The notes: a model not told the origin generated them from the sequence alone. DNA of 64,000 bases from Patescibacteria group bacterium (GCA_022709735.1 JAKLIG010000001.1:256586-320585); one strand, 5' to 3'; positions 45,698 through 55,969 are shown, counted from the first letter of the stretch. Program-made: numbers and translations.

Positions 45698-47131
45698 ATG
45701 GATAAAAGGTGTCTTTTTTGCTCCTGGAATCGCAAAAAAGACGGATTAATTTTATATATGAAGAGGCAAATGGAATTAATACAAAATAATGAAACTAGTC
45801 TTGATAAATTGCTTAACAAAGTGAAGCAATCTTTTGAAGCACAAACTCTTGATGAAAGTTGCGCAGGAAAATTTGATGTATATATCCTTCCAGATAAACA
45901 ATTCATAGACCAAAATTGCGAAAAAAATACTTCAATAGAAAACGAGTTATCAAAAGTTGAAGTGATAGATTCGCTTTATATTCATTTTGGCTATTGTCCA
46001 AGTCTTTGCAAAGTCTGCCCTTATCCCAAAATGGATGATAAAGAAAAGGCGGAAGACTTATTAACCAAGGAGTTAGCGCACAACATTGAGTTAGTTAAAG
46101 GAAAAAAATTGAAATCCTTGCTCTTTGGAGGAGGAACGCCTAACGATATGAGCATGGCGACTTTCGCAACACTTATTCAGGAAGTTAAAAAATGCGATTT
46201 AGAAGAATTTGAACAGGTTGGAATAGAAATTCACCCCGGATTAGATTATCAAAAATATATCGAATTACTTGCTGAAAATTTTGGCCCGGAAAAAGTTCAT
46301 GTCAGCATTGGTTTACAATCGACAAATGATGAAAAAATTTCTCAATGGCGTGAATCAAAAAACAATAACCCGTTTTTATATACCAATGAACAAGTCGAAG
46401 GTATTATCAAGGACTTACAAGCTCAAGGGATTTATCAGATCAATATTGATTTACTTTTAGCTTCTTTCCCGGATTGGGAAAAAGAAAAGAAAGGAATTGA
46501 AAAATTAATCAGACAAGGCGTCCCGAAATTTACTCTATATCCCATATACGGAAAATACATGCATGGACAAGTTATACAGAAATGGAGCGCGGAGGAATTG
46601 ATTAAAATCCGTAAGGAGGCTTTGGAATTTTTTAAGAAAAGCGGATTTTATCATGCAATTAACCCAAATTATTTTGTTAAAAACGGCGATATTGCAAACC
46701 AGGAATCAATTGTGCAATTTGACGGAGGAACATTAGTTGCGGTTGGTCTGGGCGCAAGAGGAAAAGTTCGAAGCAGTAAAAAGGATATTGTATATGAGAA
46801 TCATCGTAGTTTGAATGAATATGAAAAAAGCATAAACAATGGATTATTACCTACCAATAAGATATATGGACAAAATAAAAATCTAGCGCTTTCCAACGAA
46901 GTTCGTCGATTAGTTTTTCCAGAACACAAAATATCTAAAGAATCAGTCGAATTGCTAATAGAATTGGCCGCAGAAAACAAAGAAAAAGTGCTTAAAATAT
47001 TTAATGATTATTTTGTTGAAGAAAATGGTGAGTATGATTTAACAGAGGAAGGAAAATTGATTTTGGATATTATTCAAGGAAGCCTCTGGGAATGCATAAA
47101 GAATAATTTTAAAAATGTAAATACAAAATAA
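45698..47131 (+). CDS. HemN/HemW-like (class C) radical SAM protein with an N-terminal extension of about 100 aa
   Basis: LYIHFGYCPSLCKVCPY (CX3CX2C), LLFGGGTPN and a HemN C-terminal domain. No other heme-pathway genes are nearby. Confidence 0.8.
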   Translation: MDKRCLFCSWNRKKDGLILYMKRQMELIQNNETSLDKLLNKVKQSFEAQTLDESCAGKFDVYILPDKQFIDQNCEKNTSIENELSKVEVIDSLYIHFGYCPSLCKVCPYPKMDDKEKAEDLLTKELAHNIELVKGKKLKSLLFGGGTPNDMSMATFATLIQEVKKCDLEEFEQVGIEIHPGLDYQKYIELLAENFGPEKVHVSIGLQSTNDEKISQWRESKNNNPFLYTNEQVEGIIKDLQAQGIYQINIDLLLASFPDWEKEKKGIEKLIRQGVPKFTLYPIYGKYMHGQVIQKWSAEELIKIRKEALEFFKKSGFYHAINPNYFVKNGDIANQESIVQFDGGTLVAVGLGARGKVRSSKKDIVYENHRSLNEYEKSINNGLLPTNKIYGQNKNLALSNEVRRLVFPEHKISKESVELLIELAAENKEKVLKIFNDYFVEENGEYDLTEEGKLILDIIQGSLWECIKNNFKNVNTK

Positions 47132-47188
47132 GGGATTTTTGGTTCAAAATAATTACAACAGTTAATAAAATAAAAAAGATTAAACTTT

Positions 47189-48361
47189 ATGAAACTAAAC
47201 AAACATTCTGTTACTAATAAAAAAATCCTGCAACTTTTCTTTGTTAGTTTTTTGTTGCTAACTTTACTAGTCTGTCTTCACAACACAGCGAAAGCGGCTC
47301 CAAGACAAATGCTCAAAGGCGAGGCCACGGGAAAAGTTTTGCTAAATGGTGAGCCGTGGGGCACTGGCAAAGTAACCTTCACTAATGTATCTGGCGATGC
47401 ATCTTTTATAGTGACCTGCGAAAAAGACATTTCTGCTGGAGCAAATAGCGCTAGTTGTACAGGAACCAATGTCAATGGATTTTTTTCTGGCGGGCCTAAT
47501 GGTTATGCGACATTTGGCTCCGGCAGTGAACTTATTACTCTACAACTTACTGATGGTAAAAAATTTACCTATGCACAGAGCGGAGTGACCGCGGAACTTG
47601 AAGTTGACGATTCATCTATTTTTGATAACTGGGATTCGGTGGATGAAGAAGAAAATACATATGAGCCAGAAGAATATGACCCAAATGCGCCACTGACGGA
47701 TTCAGGCGTGCGCGTTGCAGAAATTGATGGCCAGGCAGAAATCGCCTGTCCACCAGACTTTGACGCTTGGAATGTTCTAAAACACAATACAGTGATTTAT
47801 AACCATTGCCGTCTAAAGACCGGCGAGAATAGCACTCTTAAGATTTCTTTCAGCAGTATGGCAACTTTTGTAATGAGACCCGAGACAGAAATTGGAGTTA
47901 ATGAAGCAACCAAAGAAAAAAGTAATTTTCAATTATTTTTCGGGGGCGTTTGGACTAATGTTAAAAAAATGGCTAAAGGAGAAGAATTCGGATTCAAAGG
48001 AAGCCAAGCAGTTGCTGGTATCAAGGGCACTACTTTTATCATGGAAGATACTGGCGAAATAACCACGCTAAAAGTAATTGAAGGGCTGGTTAATTATAAG
48101 CCTAATACGAATGGAGAAGGCGTAGATGTGGAAGGCGGAAAAATGATATCCGCCACTAAAGAAGGTTTAGGGACACAGCAAGCTTTTAATGTTGAAACAG
48201 AGAATATATTCTGGGATAACTTGTCAGATTCAAATAATGCTCCGGAAACAAAGGCAGAACGCAAAGACAAATCAAAATATCTATATATCGGCGGGGCCAG
48301 TATATTAGTTGTTATTATTGTGGCTCTTGGCTTATTTATATCAAAGAAAAAAAAGTCTTAA
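47189..48361 (+). CDS. cell-surface protein with signal peptide, FecR-like beta domain and a C-terminal TM anchor
   Basis: Signal peptide ...NTAKA-AP, a FecR-like segment (GIKGTTFIMEDTGEITTLKVIEGLVNYKP), and C-terminal ILVVIIVALGLFISKKKKS. Confidence 0.45.
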   Translation: MKLNKHSVTNKKILQLFFVSFLLLTLLVCLHNTAKAAPRQMLKGEATGKVLLNGEPWGTGKVTFTNVSGDASFIVTCEKDISAGANSASCTGTNVNGFFSGGPNGYATFGSGSELITLQLTDGKKFTYAQSGVTAELEVDDSSIFDNWDSVDEEENTYEPEEYDPNAPLTDSGVRVAEIDGQAEIACPPDFDAWNVLKHNTVIYNHCRLKTGENSTLKISFSSMATFVMRPETEIGVNEATKEKSNFQLFFGGVWTNVKKMAKGEEFGFKGSQAVAGIKGTTFIMEDTGEITTLKVIEGLVNYKPNTNGEGVDVEGGKMISATKEGLGTQQAFNVETENIFWDNLSDSNNAPETKAERKDKSKYLYIGGASILVVIIVALGLFISKKKKS

Positions 48362-48371
48362 ATAAAAAACC

Positions 48372-48896
48372 ATGCATCAGCCAACCATATCCGAAATTGA
48401 TCAAATTCGCGCTGAAGGTTTTCGACCACAAATAGTCGGCTGTTTTTTGTGTGATAAAAAAATAATTTTTGTTTATAAAAAGAAACATGATCTTTGGCAG
48501 TTTCCGCAAGGAGGCATTGATAATGGCGAGGATGTTGAAATGGCTTTTTTTAGAGAAATGACCGAAGAACTTGGAAACGATTTTCTCAATTCTTGTGATA
48601 AAAATGTTTCAATAATCGGCGAAGATGAAATAGTTTTTCCTGCTCAAAGCCAAAATTCGCGCGAACTGAAAAATGATGCCGGGGAAGAAATTTTTATGAA
48701 AGGGAAAAAATATTTTTTTGTCTGCGCTGATGTTAAGAATAATATTTTAGATATCTCGCAATCAGAATTTGATGACTTCCGGTGGGTTTCATTTCAAGAA
48801 GGCTTGGCTTTGTGCGAAAAAATTTACCAACCAGGGAAAAAACGCATCACGATTGACATTCTTAATCAACTTAAGAAATTAAATAAAATTATATGA
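48372..48896 (+). CDS. NUDIX hydrolase
   Basis: Nudix box GGIDNGEDVEMAFFREMTEELG (Gx5Ex7REUxEExGU). Confidence 0.8.
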   Translation: MHQPTISEIDQIRAEGFRPQIVGCFLCDKKIIFVYKKKHDLWQFPQGGIDNGEDVEMAFFREMTEELGNDFLNSCDKNVSIIGEDEIVFPAQSQNSRELKNDAGEEIFMKGKKYFFVCADVKNNILDISQSEFDDFRWVSFQEGLALCEKIYQPGKKRITIDILNQLKKLNKII

Positions 48897-49210
48897 TTCC
48901 GATTGAATTTTTGAGACAATTTCGCATTGGGGAATACGCTATTTTTGACTTTGTGGTTGCATTTTTAGGAATTTATCTACTCTCCCCTCTTTTATCAAAA
49001 ATATTTTTGAAGCTCCGAATTGATATACCTAAGAAAAATTGGCTATTTTTGACTTTGCCAATTGGAATTATTGCTCATCTTATTGTTGGAAAGATGACTC
49101 CCCTGACCAGAAATTTTATGGACATTCACGGCCATTATGTTTTGAAAATAATAATTTTTGGGTTGCTATTTCTTGGATTAAGAAATATAACTATAATTAA
49201 GAAAAAATAA
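48893..49210 (+). CDS. small membrane protein, unknown function
   Basis: 105 aa with 3 predicted TM helices. Start overlaps the NUDIX stop (ATGA). Confidence 0.35.
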   Translation: MIPIEFLRQFRIGEYAIFDFVVAFLGIYLLSPLLSKIFLKLRIDIPKKNWLFLTLPIGIIAHLIVGKMTPLTRNFMDIHGHYVLKIIIFGLLFLGLRNITIIKKK

Positions 49211-49228
49211 TTAAATAAATATAATTTT

Positions 49229-49441
49229 ATGAAAAAAACAAAAGTGCAAGGAATGTTAATGATTATTTCGGCATCAATTCTAATTATCCTGACAATTTTT
49301 TATGCCGTTATATTTTCTATTTTTGGCCTAAAATCAGGCGGATCGATCCTGATGATTATTCCCCTTCTAATTCTCGCAATTATTCTAATCGTTGCTTTTT
49401 CTTTTCTTTTTTATACCGGAATAAAATATATAAAAAAATAA
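49229..49441 (+). CDS. small two-TM membrane protein, unknown function
   Basis: 70 aa, two hydrophobic helices. Confidence 0.3.
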   Translation: MKKTKVQGMLMIISASILIILTIFYAVIFSIFGLKSGGSILMIIPLLILAIILIVAFSFLFYTGIKYIKK

Positions 49442-49450
49442 GCCTTTAAA

Positions 49451-51127
49451 TTACATCCCACTTACTTCTCCAGTATCTTCTTCCAAAACAATTTTGGTCT
49501 TTTTGAAAATTCGCTTTGTGATGGAATCCCTAAACATCATAAACTCTTCTGATTTCAAAAGATAACTGATAAGAAGAAAAACTAGCGCGCCTAAAACAGC
49601 TGCCACGGAGAGTTGGAAGAAAACCCCCAAGAAAGTATTGAGGCTTACAAAACTTGTTACTACATATTTTGATCCTTGAATCACTGCTCCGCTAAACAAT
49701 GTAGCGATAACTATTTTTCCAACTGAAATAACAATTTCTCTGTCATCTAAATTATCGTAGCGGAACCGCAAAACAGAAAGAAGCAAAAACATCTGCACAA
49801 TACTGGCCAAAGAAAAAGCAATCGCCAATCCCAAAATATTATATTTTCCAATCAAAAGAACCACCGCTGAAATATTCACTGCTTCACTCACAAGCGCAAT
49901 ATAAAAAGGAGTCTTGGTATCGTGAGCGGCATAAAAAGCTCTGGCCAAAAGAGGAACAGCGCTTTGAGCAAAAAGACTTAGGGAAAAAATTCCCAAGCAT
50001 TGGAAAGTGAGCCGAGTATCTTCCCAGTCGAATTCTCCTGCGCCCAGGACTACTCGAACGATTTGCGCTCGAAAAAGAAAAATAAAAACGCTTAGGGGAA
50101 TTATGAAAAAAAGAATTTGCCGGAATGTTTCAGAAAAAGTTTTGGCAAAATTTTCATTATCATTTTTCGACGAAAAAGCACTAAGTGTCGGGAAAACTGC
50201 AATTGCGAATGACACTCCGATAATTCCGAGCGGAACAGCTTGCAGATTTTGGGCAAAATTAAAAATCGCGAGAGATCCAGGTGCGAGAAGTGAGGCAAAA
50301 ATAGTAATCACAAAAAGATTGATTTGATTTACGGCAATTCCAAGCGTCCGCGGAATCATAAGCCGAAAAACTTTCCGCACCTCATGATCAAAAATATGCA
50401 TTATGAATAACGGGCTATATTTGAAACCTAACTGGCGCGAAGACGGATATTGCGTGAGCATATGAAGAAATGCTCCCAAAACCACTCCCCAAGCCAATCC
50501 AATTGGTCCCCAAAATCTGACAAAAACTAAAATTCCAAAAATTATCCCGAGATTATAAAAAATAGGAGCCAGCGAATAAATAAAAAACCGTTTAAAAGAA
50601 GTGAGGACTCCGCCAAAAATTCCGCTTATTCCCAAAAACAACGGGCTTAGAAACATAATTCTCGTGAACATCACAACTTGTTCCATTTTTTCCGGAGAAA
50701 AACCAGGAGTAATTGCTTTCATAAGAAATGGGGAAAAAATGCAAAAAAGCGCCGAAAAAATAATAATGAGCCCGACGGCCAAATTCATTATTCCTCCCGC
50801 CAATTGCCACGCTTCTTTTTCTTTTTCATTGCTGATAAGACCGGTAAAAACCGGGATAAAAGCTGCACTAAGCGCGCCCAAAATCAAAAGATTATAAATC
50901 AAATCCGGTATGCGAAAAGCGGCATAATAAATGTCCAATGTATCTCCCGCGCCGAAAGTAGAAGCAAGCAGTCTGTCTCTAAAAAGCCCCAAGAGCCGGC
51001 TTAGAAGCCCTGCAATAGTGATGAGGCAGGCCGCGCTCAAAACAGAGGAAGGAACATGGGAATTTAAGAATGTATTTTTTATAATTCTATGGATCATATT
51101 ATTTTTTCGAAAAAGCCAGTCCGACAA
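49451..51127 (-). CDS. murJ: lipid II flippase MurJ (MviN)
   Basis: 14-TM MOP-superfamily protein with an N-terminal MurJ pattern (..LLSRLLGLFRDRLLASTFGAGDTLDIYYAAFRIPDL..). Confidence 0.85.
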   Translation of the reverse strand: MSDWLFRKNNMIHRIIKNTFLNSHVPSSVLSAACLITIAGLLSRLLGLFRDRLLASTFGAGDTLDIYYAAFRIPDLIYNLLILGALSAAFIPVFTGLISNEKEKEAWQLAGGIMNLAVGLIIIFSALFCIFSPFLMKAITPGFSPEKMEQVVMFTRIMFLSPLFLGISGIFGGVLTSFKRFFIYSLAPIFYNLGIIFGILVFVRFWGPIGLAWGVVLGAFLHMLTQYPSSRQLGFKYSPLFIMHIFDHEVRKVFRLMIPRTLGIAVNQINLFVITIFASLLAPGSLAIFNFAQNLQAVPLGIIGVSFAIAVFPTLSAFSSKNDNENFAKTFSETFRQILFFIIPLSVFIFLFRAQIVRVVLGAGEFDWEDTRLTFQCLGIFSLSLFAQSAVPLLARAFYAAHDTKTPFYIALVSEAVNISAVVLLIGKYNILGLAIAFSLASIVQMFLLLSVLRFRYDNLDDREIVISVGKIVIATLFSGAVIQGSKYVVTSFVSLNTFLGVFFQLSVAAVLGALVFLLISYLLKSEEFMMFRDSITKRIFKKTKIVLEEDTGEVSGM

Positions 51128-53543
51128 ATTTATCCGTAATCAAACTATCTTCCATCCTAGCTTCCTCTCGTTCATTTGGCAAATTTATTGTTTTTAAATT
51201 ATCCCCTTCCGGATATTGCCAGGAAATTTTATATGAATCAGGATAACTTATTTTTGAAATAAATTTACTTCCAAAACTCCCGGCTTGTTTTTGCGCTAAA
51301 AGCGAATAAGCCCCCGTAGCATAGGGCGTATTTAAATTTATTGTAAACGGCAAAGCGTAGACATATTTGATTGTAACTGTTTCTTTTGGACTCACATATG
51401 CCCAGTTGGCAAAAACTGTTTTTCCGCCATCTTCATAAATTCTTGTTCCGCTTTCCTCATCAATTTTCATTGAGTCTTCTTCCATTTGAATTTGCGGATC
51501 ACGCTTGAAACCCAGTGCATTATAATCCAAAGGCGGAGTGTTAAATTCCCTCGTTTGGCCTTCAACACTGATTAACCGCGAGCCTTTCGGCACATAAACG
51601 CGCATATAATTTGCATTGACCTTATTCCACCAGTCAAATTGAGAATCTCCTCCATTATGATGCCGAGTGATTGTGAGCGTATCAATAATTGTTCCGTCTT
51701 CCTGGATGCTCGCTTCGTGAGTTATATTTTCATCAACAATCCCGTCCGTCTTGAATCCGTTTATATTGGTATTTATCACACTCACATAATCCTTAGGCGT
51801 ATCCAAAATTTCTCCCGACCAGCCATTTTTTGATAATATTTTTTCAATTTCAAAATTTTTGGAATAAATTAAAATTTGTTTTTCATTAAGACTCTCCAAA
51901 AGAATATTGGCTGTTTTTGAAATATCGGAAAAATTATTAGAGTTAAATATTTTATCCAGAACTTTTGGCGCAAGATCAGAAAGAATTTTTTTCGGCTGAT
52001 TCAATTCTTTGTCATAATCGACTTCTACTTCATATTGAATTTTTTCCACAAAATTATCCTTGTCTACTATAACATCATATTCCGGCATTTCAATCGGACC
52101 GGTAATTTCCAAAAGCTTTTGCATAACTGTCGGCGTCATAGCAATCACGCCGTCCACTGTCGGCCCACCGGTTTTTTCATAAAAAGAAGAAGCTTTTTCA
52201 GCAGAAACCGGAAAATCCGGAAACCAGTTGCTGTCATGCAAACTCCAAGCAGCGCTGATTTTTTGAATTGGAGTCGGCGGAACAATTTTTTCTTTTAGTT
52301 GCCCGTCCGGATTGAAAATCCCGTCAATGAAAAATTTTCTAACTCGGCCGTTGAAAATATCCAACATTCCATAACTTCCGATAAATCCGCCCGTTGCTCG
52401 CATTTCCTGATTATTTTGGAATAAGAATAAATATTTTCTTGGACCGTTTCCGCCCAAAATATCTACCAATATTCTTTCCTGATCTAAAAGTTTTTCGAGT
52501 GAATTGTTGGCAATAGGAAGTTGATTTTTTACTCGCATAAATTCAACGCGATTATTTTCGGGAATATCATCCAAATTCACACTTTCCAAAGAATCCTCCG
52601 CTTCACGAAGCAGAATAGAAATTTTTTTGAGTTTCACTTCATTATTTTGGAATAATTCTAGATATGACACACTCTCATTTTGATTTGCTCCTTTTTTTAT
52701 ATCATCCAAATTTTTCAGAATTTCTGAAATTAATTTTCCAGCTTCGGAAATATTTTTCCCGCCTTTAATTATATTACTACCAGAAGAAACTTTAGACAGA
52801 TATGGAATGTATTTGGTAAAATTAGCCAGTGTTCCACCTAAAACTCCCAAGTCTTCGGAGACTTGAGTTAATTTTTCATTCGCATTGCTAAATTTTATAT
52901 AAGATTCATCGAAGTTCCCTTTTTTTATATCATCCTTAGCAGATGCCAATTCCGCCATGGCCGATTGCCCTTTGGCTAATCCCCCGTTTTTCATCTTAAG
53001 CGCGGTGTTGGCAGAAACAAAAAGAATAATTATGATAGCGCCTGCCAAAGAAATTTTTCCCAAGAAAAAAAAGTTTTTCTTGAATGTTTCACTAATCGGA
53101 AGATGCAAAGATTTTTCTTTTGTATAATCTTGCTCCGGAGTTTCAAAATTATTTTCCTGATATTCTGCTGTTTCTGGAAAAAAATCATTCTCCTTGCCGA
53201 CACTCTCAAATTCTACCGAAATATTTTTGACATTTTCAATATCCTCTCCACTTATTTCAATTCTCCTTTTCTTTTTTCGACGGTCTTCTTCCTCTTTTCT
53301 CATCATTTCATGAAATCTTTTGAGTTCATCGTCAAAAATATCCGGCCTTCTTAAATCCTCCATCTTTTTTATCTCTTTTTGCTCACCAAAATAAACATTT
53401 TCTATTTCTTCTTTTTTAGAAATTTCCACAATTCTTTCAATTTTTTCTATTTTTTCCAAATCCAAATTACCAAGCTCATCAGTCGGCCGGACATCGAACA
53501 TTTGCGGAAATATTTGTTTTTTCGGGTTTTTATTTTCCCCCAT
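51099..53543 (-). CDS. large membrane-anchored extracytoplasmic protein (DUF4012-like architecture), unknown function
   Basis: Acidic/basic cytoplasmic N-terminus, a single TM helix (ISLAGAIIIILFVSA), and an extracellular domain of about 620 aa. Sits in an envelope locus next to murJ. Confidence 0.35.
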   Translation of the reverse strand: MGENKNPKKQIFPQMFDVRPTDELGNLDLEKIEKIERIVEISKKEEIENVYFGEQKEIKKMEDLRRPDIFDDELKRFHEMMRKEEEDRRKKKRRIEISGEDIENVKNISVEFESVGKENDFFPETAEYQENNFETPEQDYTKEKSLHLPISETFKKNFFFLGKISLAGAIIIILFVSANTALKMKNGGLAKGQSAMAELASAKDDIKKGNFDESYIKFSNANEKLTQVSEDLGVLGGTLANFTKYIPYLSKVSSGSNIIKGGKNISEAGKLISEILKNLDDIKKGANQNESVSYLELFQNNEVKLKKISILLREAEDSLESVNLDDIPENNRVEFMRVKNQLPIANNSLEKLLDQERILVDILGGNGPRKYLFLFQNNQEMRATGGFIGSYGMLDIFNGRVRKFFIDGIFNPDGQLKEKIVPPTPIQKISAAWSLHDSNWFPDFPVSAEKASSFYEKTGGPTVDGVIAMTPTVMQKLLEITGPIEMPEYDVIVDKDNFVEKIQYEVEVDYDKELNQPKKILSDLAPKVLDKIFNSNNFSDISKTANILLESLNEKQILIYSKNFEIEKILSKNGWSGEILDTPKDYVSVINTNINGFKTDGIVDENITHEASIQEDGTIIDTLTITRHHNGGDSQFDWWNKVNANYMRVYVPKGSRLISVEGQTREFNTPPLDYNALGFKRDPQIQMEEDSMKIDEESGTRIYEDGGKTVFANWAYVSPKETVTIKYVYALPFTINLNTPYATGAYSLLAQKQAGSFGSKFISKISYPDSYKISWQYPEGDNLKTINLPNEREEARMEDSLITDKFVGLAFSKK

Positions 53544-53545
53544 TT

Positions 53546-54679
53546 TTATATTTTATTTTTTGCGCTTTGGTATAATTCCAAAGTTTTTTGCGCCATTCTT
53601 TTCCAGCTATATTTTTTTGCTTGATCATATCCTTTTTTAATAAGCTCGTCTCGCAATTTTTCATTGCGTAAAATTTCTTTGATAGCTCTGGCTATATCAG
53701 AAATATCCTCCCCATCAAAATAATAAGCACTGTCTCCCAAAATTTCTTTGGAACATTCATATTCAGCCGCCACCACTGGCACGCCTCTTGCCATCGCTTC
53801 CAGCGCCGGAAGCTCAAATCCTTCATGAAGAGACGGCCGAATGTAAGCCAGCGAATTTCGAAAAATTGCATCCAAATCATAGTCGGGAACAAATCCGGAA
53901 AAAATGATATTCTGAATGTTTTGTTTTCTTATCAATTCTTTCAGCCTTCGATAAAAATAATCTTCTCCGCCCACAAAAACCAGTTTTAATTCCGGAAATT
54001 CTTTTGCCACTTCTTTTGTTGCCAAAATAAGTCTTTCCGGATTTTTATGCGGATAGACATTTCCAACATACAAAATATACGGTCTTATTATACCATAAAG
54101 AGCGGATAGTTGCTCATATTTTTTAGGATTAAAAAAACAAAAATCATCACAAGCCTCATAAGTCACAAAAATTTTTTCCTTCAAGATTTTCGGATATTTC
54201 TTTAATATGTCATTTTTGGTAAAATTAGAAACTCCGATAATGGTACAGGCACGGCGAATAGCTAAATTAATAACCACTTTATACGCCATAAACTTAAACC
54301 AATATGCCAAAGGCGAAAGCGTCGAACTTCGGATAGTGGGAAAGCGAAGAAGAATGAGATCATGAATCGTGACAATAAATTTTCCAAAATATAAAAGTGG
54401 CACATTAAAATGCGGAAAATGCACCAAATCAAGTTTATATTTTCTAAGAAGAAATGGCATTTTTATCTGCTCGGCAAAAGTATACCAGCGGTAATTCGCC
54501 AGAACTTTTTGGAAATTTTTGTTTTTCGGCTGATATTCGTCAAAATTTTCGGCTTTGAGAAAAATAAAATACTCGTTGGTATCATCCACTTTTTCCAAGT
54601 TTTCTATTAATTTTTGGGTGTAGCGTCCCAGTCCTTTTCCGATAGGTCCAAAAAACCGGGCATCAATACCGATTCTCAT
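53546..54679 (-). CDS. GT4-family glycosyltransferase
   Basis: C-terminal EGFELPALEAMARGVPVV (EX7E) and a GT-B fold. Confidence 0.85.
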   Translation of the reverse strand: MRIGIDARFFGPIGKGLGRYTQKLIENLEKVDDTNEYFIFLKAENFDEYQPKNKNFQKVLANYRWYTFAEQIKMPFLLRKYKLDLVHFPHFNVPLLYFGKFIVTIHDLILLRFPTIRSSTLSPLAYWFKFMAYKVVINLAIRRACTIIGVSNFTKNDILKKYPKILKEKIFVTYEACDDFCFFNPKKYEQLSALYGIIRPYILYVGNVYPHKNPERLILATKEVAKEFPELKLVFVGGEDYFYRRLKELIRKQNIQNIIFSGFVPDYDLDAIFRNSLAYIRPSLHEGFELPALEAMARGVPVVAAEYECSKEILGDSAYYFDGEDISDIARAIKEILRNEKLRDELIKKGYDQAKKYSWKRMAQKTLELYQSAKNKI

Positions 54680-54681
54680 AA

Positions 54682-54790
54682 TTACGAAATACGAAATTAA
54701 TACCTGCCTACCGGCAGGCAGGCTAAATACGAAAGTACGAAAAGAAAGCTTAAATGTTTCGTAGTTCGCTTATTTCGTAGTTCGTAAATT
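54682..54790. repeat. Intergenic palindromic repeat A3 carrying a nested 20-nt palindrome E insertion (54704-54723)
   Basis: Identical to A2 except that taatac|taaatac is interrupted by ctgcctaccggcaggcaggc. Confidence 0.6.
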
Positions 54791-54800
54791 TATTATACCA

Positions 54801-55958
54801 TTAAGACTCCAAAACTTCCAAAGTCTTTTTGGCGGTTTTTTGCCAATCAAATTCTCGTGATTTTTCCAGTCCTTTTTTGATTAAATCGTTTTTTAATTCT
54901 GGGTTTTCCAAAATTTCTTTCATGGCTTCAAAAATTTCATCCGGCTTGTCTGAATCAATAAGAATTCCGGCATTGCCGACCACTTCCGGAAGTGATGAAT
55001 TATTAGAAGCAATCACCGGCACTCCGCATTTCATGGCTTCAAGAGGCGGAAATCCAAAACCTTCAAAAAAAGACGGATAAACAAAAAGCGAAGAAAGATT
55101 ATAAAAATATGGCTTGTCTTCGTCCGGAACAGAATGTATTACTTGAATTTTTTCTCGAAAAGGAGAATTTTCAATTTCCTCAAATATTTTTTCATTCATC
55201 CAGCCATATTCTCCGGCAATTACTAATTTATATTTTTCCAAATCATTCTTATTTTCATCGGCATATTTTTGCAATTGATTAAAAGCTCGCACCAACCCGA
55301 TTATGTTTTTTCGCGGTTCGATTGTGCCAAAAAAAAGAATAAACTTATACGGCAGTGAATATTTTTCTTTGATCTTAACCAGTTTTTCACTATTTCGATC
55401 TAAGACACAAAAATTATCCGAAACAGCACTCGGAATAACTATTATTTTTTCCGATTTTATTTTATATAAATTAATCAGATCATTTTTTGAAGACTCGGAA
55501 ACGGCAATAATTTTGTGAGCCTTCTGGCAGATTTTTTTGGGACTAATAAAAATATGCCACCATTTTCTTTTCAGTGAAAAATATTCACGGTGGCGTTCAA
55601 AAGAAAGATCATGAATCGTTGCAATTAGTTTGGCTTTTGAGCTTATACTTCCAAAAATAATGTTCGGAAGAAAAACTATGTCCGCATCCCCAACCATTTT
55701 ATCAATTTTCGGCCAACCCAAATACCAAAACATAAAATTCAAGAGTTTATTGGGAAATCTAAATTTTTTGAGCGTTACATTTGGATATTTTTTTGTCCAA
55801 GAAAAATCCGCCTGTGTTTTTTTCCAAGAATTTAAAAAAAGAACATATTCGTTCTTTTGATCAATCGCAAAAAGATTATCGAGAAGATAGCGAGTATATT
55901 CCTCGACTCCCGTCCTCCTTCCTTCAATAAGGCATCGCGCATCAATACAAATCTTCAT
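54801..55958 (-). CDS. GT4-family glycosyltransferase
   Basis: EGFGFPPLEAMKCGVPVIAS. Confidence 0.85.
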   Translation of the reverse strand: MKICIDARCLIEGRRTGVEEYTRYLLDNLFAIDQKNEYVLFLNSWKKTQADFSWTKKYPNVTLKKFRFPNKLLNFMFWYLGWPKIDKMVGDADIVFLPNIIFGSISSKAKLIATIHDLSFERHREYFSLKRKWWHIFISPKKICQKAHKIIAVSESSKNDLINLYKIKSEKIIVIPSAVSDNFCVLDRNSEKLVKIKEKYSLPYKFILFFGTIEPRKNIIGLVRAFNQLQKYADENKNDLEKYKLVIAGEYGWMNEKIFEEIENSPFREKIQVIHSVPDEDKPYFYNLSSLFVYPSFFEGFGFPPLEAMKCGVPVIASNNSSLPEVVGNAGILIDSDKPDEIFEAMKEILENPELKNDLIKKGLEKSREFDWQKTAKKTLEVLES

Positions 55959-55969
55959 GGTCTTTTTTC

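Noticed and set aside
50007-51197. Several plus-strand ORFs inside murJ
   Set aside because: Antisense to a 14-TM MurJ gene. Basic and low-complexity translations.
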